Source of the DNA: Epithemia pelagica
Lineage: Eukaryota; Protista; Bacillariophyta
DNA length: 64,000 bases
NCBI GenBank assembly: GCA_946965045.2
Contig: OX337237.1
Coordinates: forward strand, 1,550,001-1,614,000
Direction: 5' to 3'
Positions 43,787 to 55,300 of this stretch are shown here, piece by piece. A model generated the notes under the pieces. It was not told the origin of the DNA. It ran no database searches and saw only the letters and a list, made by a program, of their open reading frames with translations. Position numbers and translations under genes: made by a program. The first letter of the stretch is position 1, and the number at the start of each line of letters is the position of its first letter.

Positions 43787-44275
43787 GGCCGTTCCTTGAT
43801 ATTCTGCAAAAACAAAAATCGACACATGACATCACCTTTTTGTAGACAATTGCGCGACACGCCGTCCTTTGGCATTTACAAAACCAAAACCTATAACCGC
43901 ACTTTTTCCCCCAAGGCCCCCAATAGTCCCCATATTCACTTTTATGATTTGAATACTACAATTATCAAAGTAAGACATTAGGAGGACGTTCCGTCTTCCT
44001 CTTCATTGAGGTTAGGGGGACCGTTGGAGTCGAACGCGCGCCGTTCAAATCCTAAACCGTCATTTTTGTTTCTGTAGGGCCCAATGTACACTAGCAAAAA
44101 GAAAGCACTATCCCTAATGTCTGTTCAGCTTTTGTCGGCCTGCAAAAGTTGGACCCAACTTTTGCAGCCTCAAAAGCTGAAACAGCGTCAAACCCGGATT
44201 TGACGCCATATTTCCGGGTTTTTTGTGACGTGTCACCCTCCAACTTTTGTTTTTGCAGAATATCAAGGAACGGCC
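43787..44275. mobile_element. 489-bp Tourist-like MITE (PIF/Harbinger)
   Basis: 31-bp perfect TIR GGCCGTTCCTTGATATTCTGCAAAAACAAAA; TAA on both sides (43784-86, 44276-78); subterminal AAACCCGGATTTGACG(C/T)CATATTTCCGGGTTTTTTGTGACGTGTCAC shared with the autonomous element at ~62279-62326. Confidence 0.93.
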
Positions 44276-44508
44276 TAAAAAGCAGTCACGGTCACGTAGC
44301 ACCCCCGAAAGAAACCAAGAAAAAGGTGTGATCGCACAAACAAATCCAATTGCACGACGACGGTCTGTATGGGGGCTTCACTCTTCTGCTGGCGGCTTTT
44401 CTCCTCTCGGTCGTCTCTATCGAAAACCTGCATGCCATTGTCGTAGGATGGCATATTAATTGGACTTTAGAGAGAAGCGCAACACGATTTCAAGCACTCT
44501 GGCTCAAC

Positions 44509-47500
44509 ATGGCACCCATGAAAATGAAGTTCCCCCAAAAGGGGCAGGCTCAGCTTCCAGCGTGGTGGATGGAGATCAATCCACATTACGTGTTGGATTT
44601 GGAAGATGATTGGGAGACACAAAAGTCAGAGGAACGCATGGCCAAATACTATGCCGACCTGGCCGAACAAGACGCTGCCAAAGGCCTCACGTTGGATATT
44701 GATGGCAATCCCATCACGTCGATCGAACTGGTCAATCGAGATTGGGGTGGCACCAACTTTAGTGACGAGGACAAGAACAAGAACAAGAATAAGGGCAATT
44801 CGGTCAAAATGTTTGGTGGTCGCAATTTTCATCCAGGAAGTTCAGGATGGGATCCCAAACAATGGGGGATTGATGCCGACGATCCGGACTATGACTTGTA
44901 TCAACGAGGCGACAAACTTCCTCGTTCCTACATTGTGGCCATGAACAATTATGCCCGTGCCACCAGTCATTTGGACAAGACACCGCCAAACCAAAATGGT
45001 TTACGATCGTCGACTGAGTATGGCAGCCATTTGGATCGTCCCAAACAAGAACCAGCATGGGCCAAGATCAAACTTCGTGGAACACAACGAGGACAACAAA
45101 GCCGCAGTGGCCAGTACAATGACAGCCCGAATCGACATTTGCGAAACGCCCCGCAGAATGAGAATGCCACCGATCCAGTGACGCCAACGACGACAGCTGC
45201 ACCGACTGTGGTCGCCGTCAAAGCAGCGAGTACCACCAACAATCGGTCGGAGGAGAGGGAGGAGATATCCCCAGTACAAACCACACCAGAACAAGAACAA
45301 GAGGTATCCGATGCTGCAACAAGTGCAGTGCCACTGCCACCTGTCATCTCAAAGACGGCAACAACAGAAACAGACTTGATTCACGATCAAGAAGAAGAAG
45401 AAGAGGCGGAACCCGCCACTGTTGTAGTGGAAGAACACGAGCAACAAGACGGAACCATGGACTCGGTCGTGGACGATCAAGCTCTGGAGGAGGAGGAACA
45501 GTATGAGGAACAAGAGCAGCCTCAGGGAGAAATTGAGGAGCATCCAGAAAACTTTGAAGATGAACCTGTCATTGAAGATCGACTCGACAATGTGCAGCAG
45601 CAAGTCCATTCCACCCCGCTCCAAGAAGAAGAAGAAGAAGAAGAAGAAACACCGCAACAACAACATGAACGTCCTCGTCGTTTCGGAGAACAACAACTCC
45701 GTGCAACCACGGATCACTCAACGACGGAATCCTCATGGAATAATGTTTCATACGAACGAAATTCAGCTCGTTATTTGGAACAAGCGCCAATCATTCAGGA
45801 GGTTCCGCCCAAACCAGCCGATGCTCCTCGCAAAGTGGATCGACAAGAAAATCGTACTATTCTCTACTATTCCAGTCTTGCTCAAGCCGACGACGAAGCG
45901 GGCATGATGTGCGATGCCAGTGGCAATCCAGTAGCACCCCGCTCGGTGGACCAGAACAGTAGTGAAGAGGACGAACCTCGCCGTCATCGTGGTCGATCCG
46001 TGGGACGACGAAAACGACGAGACCAGCAACCATCATCCAAGAATCAGAGTAAAGATGAAGGCGTCGATTCGTCCTGTCGACCTCGATCGTCTTCGCGACG
46101 ACGTAGTCGAGAAGCAACTCCGGAAAAGAAGGATCGAAGATCCAAGTCGGCCAGCAAAGAACAGTCTACTCGGTTGGGATGGTTTGGCCGGAGAAGGAGA
46201 CGCCAGCAAGAAGAACAACACAAAAAAGAGCAACAACGCAATGGAAAAATAACCACCACGTCCAAAATGTTTGGTGGACTCAACTACGAACCAGGAAGTC
46301 CGGCCTGGGACCCTCGACAATGGGGAATTGATGCCAATGATCCTTACTTTGAAGCCTACCGGAAAGGTACAATGTTGCCACCCATGTATGTGGCAGCCAT
46401 GAAGAATTATGCGAGGTCGACCGGCAAGGCCATTGAGGGCGACGAGTCTGATGAAAACGCAATCACCAACAACAAATCCGTCCTGGTGGCCGACCAGAGT
46501 CTTCCCAATGGCCATGACAATCCAGTCCTTGACGAAGACAACGATATGGAACAAGAGGGTCTTGTAGACAGGCACGAAGAATTGCAAGAAGTGGAAGAAG
46601 TGGTCCCACGCTCAGGGGATCGACTTTACTTGGATGGAACAATTTTGGATTCATCCAAAGATATTATTTCGGAACCTGCACTTGACTTCAGAGAAAAGGG
46701 AAGTTCTGACTTTATCATTTTGGATTCCAAGTCAGCCGATGGGGAAGAAGACGATGCCATTGAGGAAGAAGTTGTTGAAGAAGAGTTTATTGAGGAAGAA
46801 ATTTTTACGGATGACGACGAAGAGGAAGTCTTGTCATTTGAAGCTGGACGACAGACGTTGGCCGACCCAGATGAAAAGGTGGCAGACCAAACGGACTGTT
46901 CTGGTCTATCGGTAGAAGAATTTGTGTTGGGAGACCAGGCCGCGGAGGTTGTAGAAGAAATCATTTCTGTGGAAGAAACCGTCTCGATTGTCGAAACCGT
47001 CTCGGTGGAAGAAACTGTCTCGGTGGAAGAAACTGTCTCGGTGGAAGAAACTGTCTCCGTGGAAGAGACCGTCTCAATGGAAGACATTGCATCCATGGAG
47101 GAAAAGCTGTGGGCGGGTGATGCTGCACGACGATCGGCATCAGCCCAACAAGAAACACAAAGTCCCACATCATCAACAGAAACTAACAAAGGGACTGAGC
47201 AACGTACGGTAACCGCACCAACACGGAAACCCGTGCGGACCTGGCCTCCACCCAAAGATACAACCACTTCGACAGATCCAACCAAAACTGACGACGAGAG
47301 TAAAGCACATCCAAAGGCGATCAGCAGAACTTGGACGAAACCAAAGACATCATATACCCCGCCTCAGAGAGCAACGGAAGAAAGCTCCAACGGCCCGGCG
47401 TATGCAAATTTCAAGCTTCGAAAATCCAATCTTGGATCCAACATCCGACGCACAGAACCTGAACAAGAAGTGCAGCGGCATGGACATGAGGATACACCAA

Positions 47501-49851
47501 CATCTGCTTCACCAGTTCATGAAGAGAACACTGTTCCGACGACCACAGCAGAAACGACCTCTAGCATCCAAGCGTCACCACCATTGACAAAGGCTACCAC
47601 CGAGCACGTCACCAATGGAGAGAAATCCGGATTGACCACAGAGTCCCATTCGAGCCAACCAAAAGCGAGGGATGGGACAGACAAACAACCCGGAAAACCA
47701 ATTTTCCGATCGTTTGCTTCATCAAAGAGTCGTCCTCAGGCCAGCGAAGAAACTCAAGAGAAGGCTCCAGCTTTTGCAAATTTCAAGTTGCGCAAGTCTA
47801 ATAGAGGTAGCGCCATCCGTACCACGGCAACTCCCAGAGAAGAAGGACCAAAAGAAGAAATAGTCGATGGACAATCAGAGACGACTCCGCCTCCTTTAAC
47901 TCCAGAGACTCCGGAGGAAACACATTCCGTTGTGAATGGGACGACGTCTGAAGAGGAGAGCTCAGGGAATCCTGCTGGAATGAAGAACGAAACCACACCA
48001 CCCCCTACGATAAAGCCAACCAATGGAGAGTCAACAAACGACCCCGCTGCACCAACTCCGCCTCCGTCACGACCGTCTCGAGCACGAGCCTGGCCTCCGT
48101 CGAACATTGGAGAAGGAAACCAACAAAACCTGTCCGCACGTGATCGTAGCTGGCCTCCGCAAGAAAAAGATACCACTGTTGCAGGGATGGACACTAGCAG
48201 TGTTGTTGGAAATGCAGAAACAAAACCAGCATCCTCGACCATTGAGAAAACCACAAATGAGTCTTTGCTTGAGGGGAAGGAAAGCACGAAAGCAGCGAAT
48301 GGCACACGAGCTCTGCAGACAGCTGGAGATCCGAGCTATGGAGACGGTGGTGGCACGATAGGAACGGATGTTCCAAGTTCCTCGATTCCTGGTCGGAAGT
48401 GGCCACCTTCGAACCAAGAACAGAATAGTTCTGCCTCAGCTCGTTCCCGAGCATGGCCTCCTGTAAAACAAGATGCAAGTATGCAGTCAGGTACTCGAAA
48501 ATGGCCACCGGCCAGGCAGGACAACAGCGCTTCAATGGAAAAGAAAGAAGCAACGATAAATACATCGAATACAAAGGAGGGCAGTCACTCTGGTAACCAG
48601 CCCGATCTTGAGACAACACAAGAAAAAGAGATAGTTAGTGCGACCAACCCCACATCTGTTTTCCATTCACAAACAGTGTCTCAAGCTCCAGCATCGTCAC
48701 ATGTTGACCAGGTGAATAGATTCACAATGACTCAACAAAAAGAGAATGAAGTGAACGACACCCTCCATATGCAGACGGTTGGATCGCGAGCGCGGCCTCC
48801 GGAGAAACCAATTGACTCTGCTAATCGGAACGAAATTGATGCCATCAAATATGCATCACAGACAATCGGACAACGTAGGTCTGCTTTGCCTAACCAAGAC
48901 GACAGGGATGATTCTGAAGGAGATAGCACGATGTCATCCCTGACAGAGAGCACAGTTACCCTTCCCACCGGGTTGCGATCGTGGGCACCGAAACAGTATA
49001 CGGACCATAGTCGACAAAATCAACCACAAAATCGAAAATGGCCTCCTCGCCAACATAAGGATTCGCAACCAACTGAGATATCCCATGATTCCCAAGACAC
49101 TAAACACTTAGACGCTGTGCGCGAGGACCAAGAACCCAAACAAAGAACCTGGCCTCCCGCGCAACAGACCAAGCATGATTCAAAACCCAACTTTCCGAAC
49201 AGGACAAACAGCGATAACCAGGGGAAGCAAATGCCATCGTGGGTGAAGCCGAAGCCAGGTAATGAAATTCAACAGCCCTCGGTCCCTGATGATATTCACG
49301 AGGACAGTGCGTCCGAATATTTGGAAGAGGAAATCCCTGAAAGCACAGGACATTCATCATATTTCGAAGAAACTGTTCATGATACGATTCTTGAGAATAC
49401 AGCTCACTCAGCTCTGCTTGAGGAAACAGTACATTCGATGCTCGAAGAAACATTCCACACAACTTATGTCGACGAGGAAGGCGAAGAATTCATGGAAGGT
49501 GATGAAGACGAAATGAGCAACGAGAATGAAGAAGGAACAGCCGCTGAATTTGAATCCATTGCGGGAGAAGAGTCAGAGGAGGAATACGATGAAGTGGTAG
49601 AAGAAGAAATCGTGGTAGTAGAGGAAGAGGAGGAATTCGAGGGGTCAGAGGAAGAATCCCGTGATGAGGATGATGGAGAGGAAGACGATGAATACGACGA
49701 AGAGGATGGAGATGAATATGAGGATCAAGAAGAAGACTATGATGAGGATGAAGATGAATACGACCAAAACAGTGCATTTACGTCGAGATCGGGTACGACG
49801 ACTTCTCGCACGTACGGCGACGGAAGCGACACGCGAGGAATGAACGTCTGA
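44509..49851 (+). CDS. Very large acidic/disordered protein (~1780 aa) with a duplicated 53-aa module, RxWPP repeats and VEETVS repeats
   Basis: 5.3-kb stop-free ORF; first plausible ATG at 44509 (MAPMKMKFP). Confidence 0.85.
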   Translation: MAPMKMKFPQKGQAQLPAWWMEINPHYVLDLEDDWETQKSEERMAKYYADLAEQDAAKGLTLDIDGNPITSIELVNRDWGGTNFSDEDKNKNKNKGNSVKMFGGRNFHPGSSGWDPKQWGIDADDPDYDLYQRGDKLPRSYIVAMNNYARATSHLDKTPPNQNGLRSSTEYGSHLDRPKQEPAWAKIKLRGTQRGQQSRSGQYNDSPNRHLRNAPQNENATDPVTPTTTAAPTVVAVKAASTTNNRSEEREEISPVQTTPEQEQEVSDAATSAVPLPPVISKTATTETDLIHDQEEEEEAEPATVVVEEHEQQDGTMDSVVDDQALEEEEQYEEQEQPQGEIEEHPENFEDEPVIEDRLDNVQQQVHSTPLQEEEEEEEETPQQQHERPRRFGEQQLRATTDHSTTESSWNNVSYERNSARYLEQAPIIQEVPPKPADAPRKVDRQENRTILYYSSLAQADDEAGMMCDASGNPVAPRSVDQNSSEEDEPRRHRGRSVGRRKRRDQQPSSKNQSKDEGVDSSCRPRSSSRRRSREATPEKKDRRSKSASKEQSTRLGWFGRRRRRQQEEQHKKEQQRNGKITTTSKMFGGLNYEPGSPAWDPRQWGIDANDPYFEAYRKGTMLPPMYVAAMKNYARSTGKAIEGDESDENAITNNKSVLVADQSLPNGHDNPVLDEDNDMEQEGLVDRHEELQEVEEVVPRSGDRLYLDGTILDSSKDIISEPALDFREKGSSDFIILDSKSADGEEDDAIEEEVVEEEFIEEEIFTDDDEEEVLSFEAGRQTLADPDEKVADQTDCSGLSVEEFVLGDQAAEVVEEIISVEETVSIVETVSVEETVSVEETVSVEETVSVEETVSMEDIASMEEKLWAGDAARRSASAQQETQSPTSSTETNKGTEQRTVTAPTRKPVRTWPPPKDTTTSTDPTKTDDESKAHPKAISRTWTKPKTSYTPPQRATEESSNGPAYANFKLRKSNLGSNIRRTEPEQEVQRHGHEDTPTSASPVHEENTVPTTTAETTSSIQASPPLTKATTEHVTNGEKSGLTTESHSSQPKARDGTDKQPGKPIFRSFASSKSRPQASEETQEKAPAFANFKLRKSNRGSAIRTTATPREEGPKEEIVDGQSETTPPPLTPETPEETHSVVNGTTSEEESSGNPAGMKNETTPPPTIKPTNGESTNDPAAPTPPPSRPSRARAWPPSNIGEGNQQNLSARDRSWPPQEKDTTVAGMDTSSVVGNAETKPASSTIEKTTNESLLEGKESTKAANGTRALQTAGDPSYGDGGGTIGTDVPSSSIPGRKWPPSNQEQNSSASARSRAWPPVKQDASMQSGTRKWPPARQDNSASMEKKEATINTSNTKEGSHSGNQPDLETTQEKEIVSATNPTSVFHSQTVSQAPASSHVDQVNRFTMTQQKENEVNDTLHMQTVGSRARPPEKPIDSANRNEIDAIKYASQTIGQRRSALPNQDDRDDSEGDSTMSSLTESTVTLPTGLRSWAPKQYTDHSRQNQPQNRKWPPRQHKDSQPTEISHDSQDTKHLDAVREDQEPKQRTWPPAQQTKHDSKPNFPNRTNSDNQGKQMPSWVKPKPGNEIQQPSVPDDIHEDSASEYLEEEIPESTGHSSYFEETVHDTILENTAHSALLEETVHSMLEETFHTTYVDEEGEEFMEGDEDEMSNENEEGTAAEFESIAGEESEEEYDEVVEEEIVVVEEEEEFEGSEEESRDEDDGEEDDEYDEEDGDEYEDQEEDYDEDEDEYDQNSAFTSRSGTTTSRTYGDGSDTRGMNV
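46951..47094 (+). repeat. Coding 18-bp tandem repeat (GTGGAAGAAACTGTCTCG, VEETVS), ~8 units
   Basis: Read directly. Confidence 0.9.
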
Positions 49852-50014
49852 GACGCTGTATCCATTGCTATGCCTGGTGATTGAATCTCCAGTTCATAGG
49901 TTTCCCTTCTCGGTTTCCTAGATGTGGCGCGGTGTTCGAACATTAGAAGTATTTTTAGGAATCCGTGCTGTTCTTTTAAATACTACAGAAATGGATGTGA
50001 AACATATCAAAGGA

Positions 50015-51767
50015 TTATTTTCGTTTTGCTTTCTCCTCTTTAAGAGCCTTTTTATTTTCTTGCTCTTGCCTTTTGAACTGAAAAAAGAATTGAACATGGT
50101 GTTAGAACGGTAAACCTGACGCTCCAGTACAAAAAAAGACGTACTTCATCCATCTGCTCCAGCACATTTGTAGGAAGCGCAGGCCGGAAACTTGGTAATT
50201 CTGCCACAAAGAGAAGAGAGTGTGCCCAACCTGTTTTCTTGGGGAAATTCTGGCGAAACCTATCTTGAATTAGTCGATAGAGTTTGGGCGTTAGAGATTT
50301 GGATTTTGACAGAATCACCGAGTCTTCATCACTACCAACATTCTCTGCATCTTGACCAGTGCTTGGCACTGATTCTCCAGTTGTGGTTGGGGAGGAGTAA
50401 TCTCGAACGCATATGTTCCAAACATGAACGTCAACTGGAATGGCGTAGGTATCTTCCGCTAATGAGAAGAGTGCGACACAGTCGGCCACTTTGGGACCAA
50501 CCCCCGACAATTCCAAGAGCCGACGACGGACTTCCGTGTAGTTCGTATTGTCGCGTAACTCCCAAAGCGCTGCTTCTCCACCCCAATTCAACACTTTTCG
50601 CGTGGTTTCGACGATATATTTGGCACGATAGCCCAAACCACATTTCGTTCGCAACTCAGTTTCAGAAGCTTCACTCAAGTCACGCGGGCTCGGAAAGGTG
50701 TGGAACGCCTCGAGTTGACACCTTGCACTGTCGTCGTCTTCCGTTCCTGAGCTAGTAACCGTCGCTGCTTTGTCTCCTATTACGATTTCTCTTCCATATG
50801 ATTGCCGAATTGATTGCAACATGGACGTGATTCGAGGTATGTTGTTATTGGACGAACAAATGAAACTTATCAAACACTCCCATGGATCTTGCTGAAGAAT
50901 ACGTACACCGGGGATGCTGTAGGCGAGACCAGCAGCAGTGTTCAGATAAAAGACGTACTATTTGTGGCCATGAACAAATGCGAAGAAGCAAACGTACCTT
51001 TGGGCTATCTGCCGCATTCGGGGACATTGTGTTGCCCATTCCTCGTACAGCGGTTGCAGAGGTTCTTCCAACTGGAAATACTCACGAAGCATTTGGTCAT
51101 AAAACAACGGCGATGCGTCCTCAACAGGAGCATCAGTTTGTGAAGAAAAGTGGCAGAGAATTCTGTACATAGTCGTGTCTTCACTTTCTCTCACGTGAAC
51201 AACCACAGTGTCCGCATGAGTCCTTTCCTTACTGCTCAGTCGCAATGTCCCAATCCATTCTTTTGCATTATGGACACCCCATGCAGAAGTGATTTGATGG
51301 TTCTGATGCTGCGATGCTGGCTCGGGAGTCACGTCCGTCCAATGAAAGCATTGGCCTGTGGTCAAGGTAGCAGACGACCGCAATTCATGAGGTGGAACTT
51401 GCAGATCTCGAAACTCGCTCCAAGGAAGACGGCCGCTACTGTTGTCAAGTTTTGGCTTTCGTTCGGCCAATGGTCTCCTTCGCTTTGCGCTTGTTGGTGA
51501 GATCGGGAAGGACGATAACGATGGAGTGGGTTCCGGAGTGATAACAACCCCTGCGGTAGCCGAGGTAGAGGGCGAATCGCATTGTAGTCGGCGACGCTTG
51601 TTCCTTCTCTTTACTTGTTGTGTCTTTCGTACCTGCGGTGTTGAGAAGGGATCATTCGAAGTGCAATCGTCGGCCTCATCGTTCGAAGTCGATAAGGACA
51701 GTCGACGGCGGGCTTCCAACTGTCGCTGAGAGAATCTGACAGGTGTCCTCCGCGAATGCAACGGCAT
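50015..51767 (-). CDS. OGG1: 8-oxoguanine DNA glycosylase; exons 50998-51767, 50145-50916, 50015-50077
   Basis: TLTTGQCFHW, LREYFQL, GVRILQQDPWECLISFICSSNNNIPRI, GLGYRAKYI, HhH GVGPKVADC, IPVDVHVW, GWAHSLLF; spliced length 1605 nt. Confidence 0.95.
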
Positions 51768-52337
51768 CGTGTCAGGTTTATTATTGTTTAAGAATGAAAG
51801 AGCACTGCAGAAGAAACCAGTGCTTTCACCGCCACCAACGAGAAACGGACGAAAATGAATCCAAACTGCCAAAACTGCACCTCCAACAAATACACGTGGA
51901 CAGAAAAGATGGCCGCAGTTGGTCGACAAGTTCCAATGAGAAAGGACCCGTTCAGTTCGAGCCGACGTAAAGAAGTAAGTAGATGGAGAGTGGCGTTTTC
52001 GATTCAACCCATGAACAGTTTCGGACTTTTGTTTCATCGCGACGCCCAACAAAAATTAAAGTTGCGTTTTGAGCGATCGGAAAATGCACCGAAATGTGTG
52101 TTGTGGCAACGGACTTGGATAGTCGCTCGGCACGTGGAATACCCTTGCTAGGTAGTCCTACTGATATCCATATACTATTATATACTATTATTTGTTGCCA
52201 TGTTGATGATCAAGACGGTTCTATTTTACTCATATTAGGAGAAGTCTGTTCATCTTCGGAATGCTCATTATCTTCTGCTTACACCACATGTATCGATACA
52301 AGAAATGGTTCCTTCGAGTTATTTTCACTTGTTTCAA

Positions 52338-55300
52338 CTAAATTGGCTCGTCGTCGAGGCTTTCCTCGACAGCGAACTTGTATTTTGGATTATGTGAGGA
52401 ATCACGATCATGCATTTTGTTGACATCTCCATTCTCCTGGTCATCACTTAGAGAGATGACAGGCGAGGGAGAGAGTTCCAGTTGTTGCATTTCTCCCTTT
52501 TCAACATGTCCATTGTCGTCCCCAGACAAGGATGCTTGATCACTAGGAGTAGTTTCTTTGCGTTCATTGGCCCCCGTAGACACCGATTCCTTTTGATCTA
52601 AAACCTCTCTTTCAATGAGCCCATTTTCACCGTTGGACGTCGATGTGTTGGTTTCATCATACCCTCCGTCTGTTTTGTTGTACAGTTGAACCTTGTTTCT
52701 CTCAATGGCCTCGTGATCCACAGTTTCCATTGTAACAGGTGAAGACAGGAATCCATTTTGCTCGACAACCTCTGCCGCACTTTGTTCGTTCTCCCTTTCT
52801 GCTATAAATGTGTTGATTTCGCCGCAACCTCCGGCAGCTTCGCTGGACGACCGGGCCTCGTTTCTCTCATTCACGTCGGGATGCACGGTGTCCCGTGCGA
52901 CGTATGTCAACAACGATTCCGTTTTCTCTACAACCATTGTCTCGCCCGGCTCATTTTCTTTGTCTGTTATAACTGCATTTTCCAACGAAACAGGTGAAGA
53001 CATGAATTCGGCAATCTCTGCCGCACTTTGTTCATTCTCACTTTCTGAAATACATGTGTTGAGTTCACCGCAACCTTCGTCAGCTTCGCGGAACTCCTGA
53101 GTCTCGTTTCTCTCATTGACCTCGGGACTCCCCTTGTCCAATGCGACGGTCAAAGACTCCATTCGTTCATCAAGCTCAGTCTCATCATTTCTATGTTCAC
53201 AATGTGACGAAGATGTGTTCATAGGTTCGATAGCAAAGTTAGCAAAGCTCAACGTTTGAGTATCGTTTTTCTCCGCAATCTCCTCGGAATTGATGGTGTC
53301 CAGTATTTGTTCATCGATCTCTGCCTCACCGCATATATTCTTATCGTATGATGAAGATGTGTACGAAGTGTCTGTATCGCCGTCAGCTTCGTTGCACTGG
53401 TCAGCGTCATTTCTCTCCTTGATCACAGCATCCTCGGGACGGCCGATCTGTAGTACGACGGGTACGACAGACAGGGATTTGATTTGCTCCAGACGCTCTG
53501 TCTCATCGCGTAAATTCTCATGATGTGATGAACACGTGTTCGTGTGATCACCAGGAGTGTCTGCATGCGTGCTATGTTTCTTGTTGGAAATATCGGCAAC
53601 AGCATCTTGTGGACCGACTGTCGCCAACAAGGCAGGCATGAAAATCAAACCATGACCAGTTCCAAGGGTGACCAAGCCAACAAAGGCTATGAAGACGGTA
53701 TAGAACACAGCACTTGTAGATAGTGCCAACGGTAAGATCCCCAAAAATGTAGAAATTCCACCTGCAAGAACAGATGATCCCATTGTCCTGAGCATTTCGA
53801 CTGTTCGTTCTCCTCGGTTTCCATCGCATTCATAGTATCGAAGAAGGACGTGCATGATAAAGTCGACATACAAACCAATCGCCATAACGACAGTGACATA
53901 AGTAACTGCATTCACATCAATTTTGGCCCATTGAAGCACTCCCAAAAGATCGACGTAGAGAAGGCATATCACAGGTAAGATAAAGCACGCGGCAGTCCAA
54001 TGTGGTATGAACAGAACAGCCACAGTAGACACCGCTGTTACACCGATGATGCTGGTGATGACGAGTTCTTTTTTAGTCCTGTGAAAGAACTCGCCAAGAT
54101 AAAACCGCATGTTGTAGTTGAAGAACTTCCAATCTTTCAAGCCGCGATTGATAGGTTGGCGAGCAGTTACATCACGCTGGTCCAGAACCATATCAATCAA
54201 GTCTGACACATCATTGACATCAAAATTATCATAAAACAGTTCCACGCGCGATGCAGTAATATTTCCGTTGTCATTACGTACAATATGATCCTTGTAGAGG
54301 TAGTTGTAGATCGGATCGGACAAGAACAGATCCAGTTGCTCATGAAAAGGCAATTCGGTCACATTTTCTTGGCTCAGTTTCACAAAAAGTCTAAAGTGAC
54401 GAAGCCAGAAGAACTTGGGTTGACGTTCGATGTATTCCACTTCGACGAGATCATTGACATATGACTCCATATGATCCTGAATAGTTTCATTCGACTGGTC
54501 AACTTCTCGAAAGTACACAAAGGCGTTGACTAAAGTATTCGATGCATATTCATCATAAGCGTTCACCCAAGCAGTGACATATGAATCATCCGGAAGGATC
54601 TCCGTCACCTCAAACGCTTGGACGAGTTGGGATGCGCTCACAGCGCATACCACTGCCAAGGCAACAAAGGCCAGAATTACTCCTACTCGAACAGCCGGCT
54701 TCAACAGAATCTTGGCGTAGTGGATCATGAATATGTCTAATGCTCCCCCTTTTTCCTCCGTAAAAGTGTGGTCGATTCCCGACGTGTCCCTATCAGGAGC
54801 ATCAGAAATGGAGGATTCTCTGTGCTGCCTTGCTCGTACACGATGATCATGCAACACAATGCAGGCGATGAAAAACGTCAGCTGGTAGAGATAGACAAAG
54901 ATCACTGTCGGAAATGCATAAAGACACAGCCAGTAGACTGCCGGAATACTTGACATACAGCCCAAGCCAAATGCCAAAGATGAAGTTACTGATGTCAAGG
55001 TGATGGAAATTCCCACATCTTCAACGACAGTAAACATGCGAGTCTCGATTGACTCCTTGGGATTAGTTCGGCAATACGATCCAAAAATGATAATCGCATC
55101 ATCAAGTCCAATCCCAAAAATCACAAATGTCAAGAGCTGAGTGATCGATGTAAAGGGTGTTCCAATGATAAACAAGAGTCCGTATCCCGAAAAGAGACTC
55201 AAGAGGACAGCGACGACCCCACCAAAACCAATCATGCATCGCCATTGAAACTTGTTTTGTCCAATACATAAAATCGCGGACGTGAAAATCGTCATGACAA

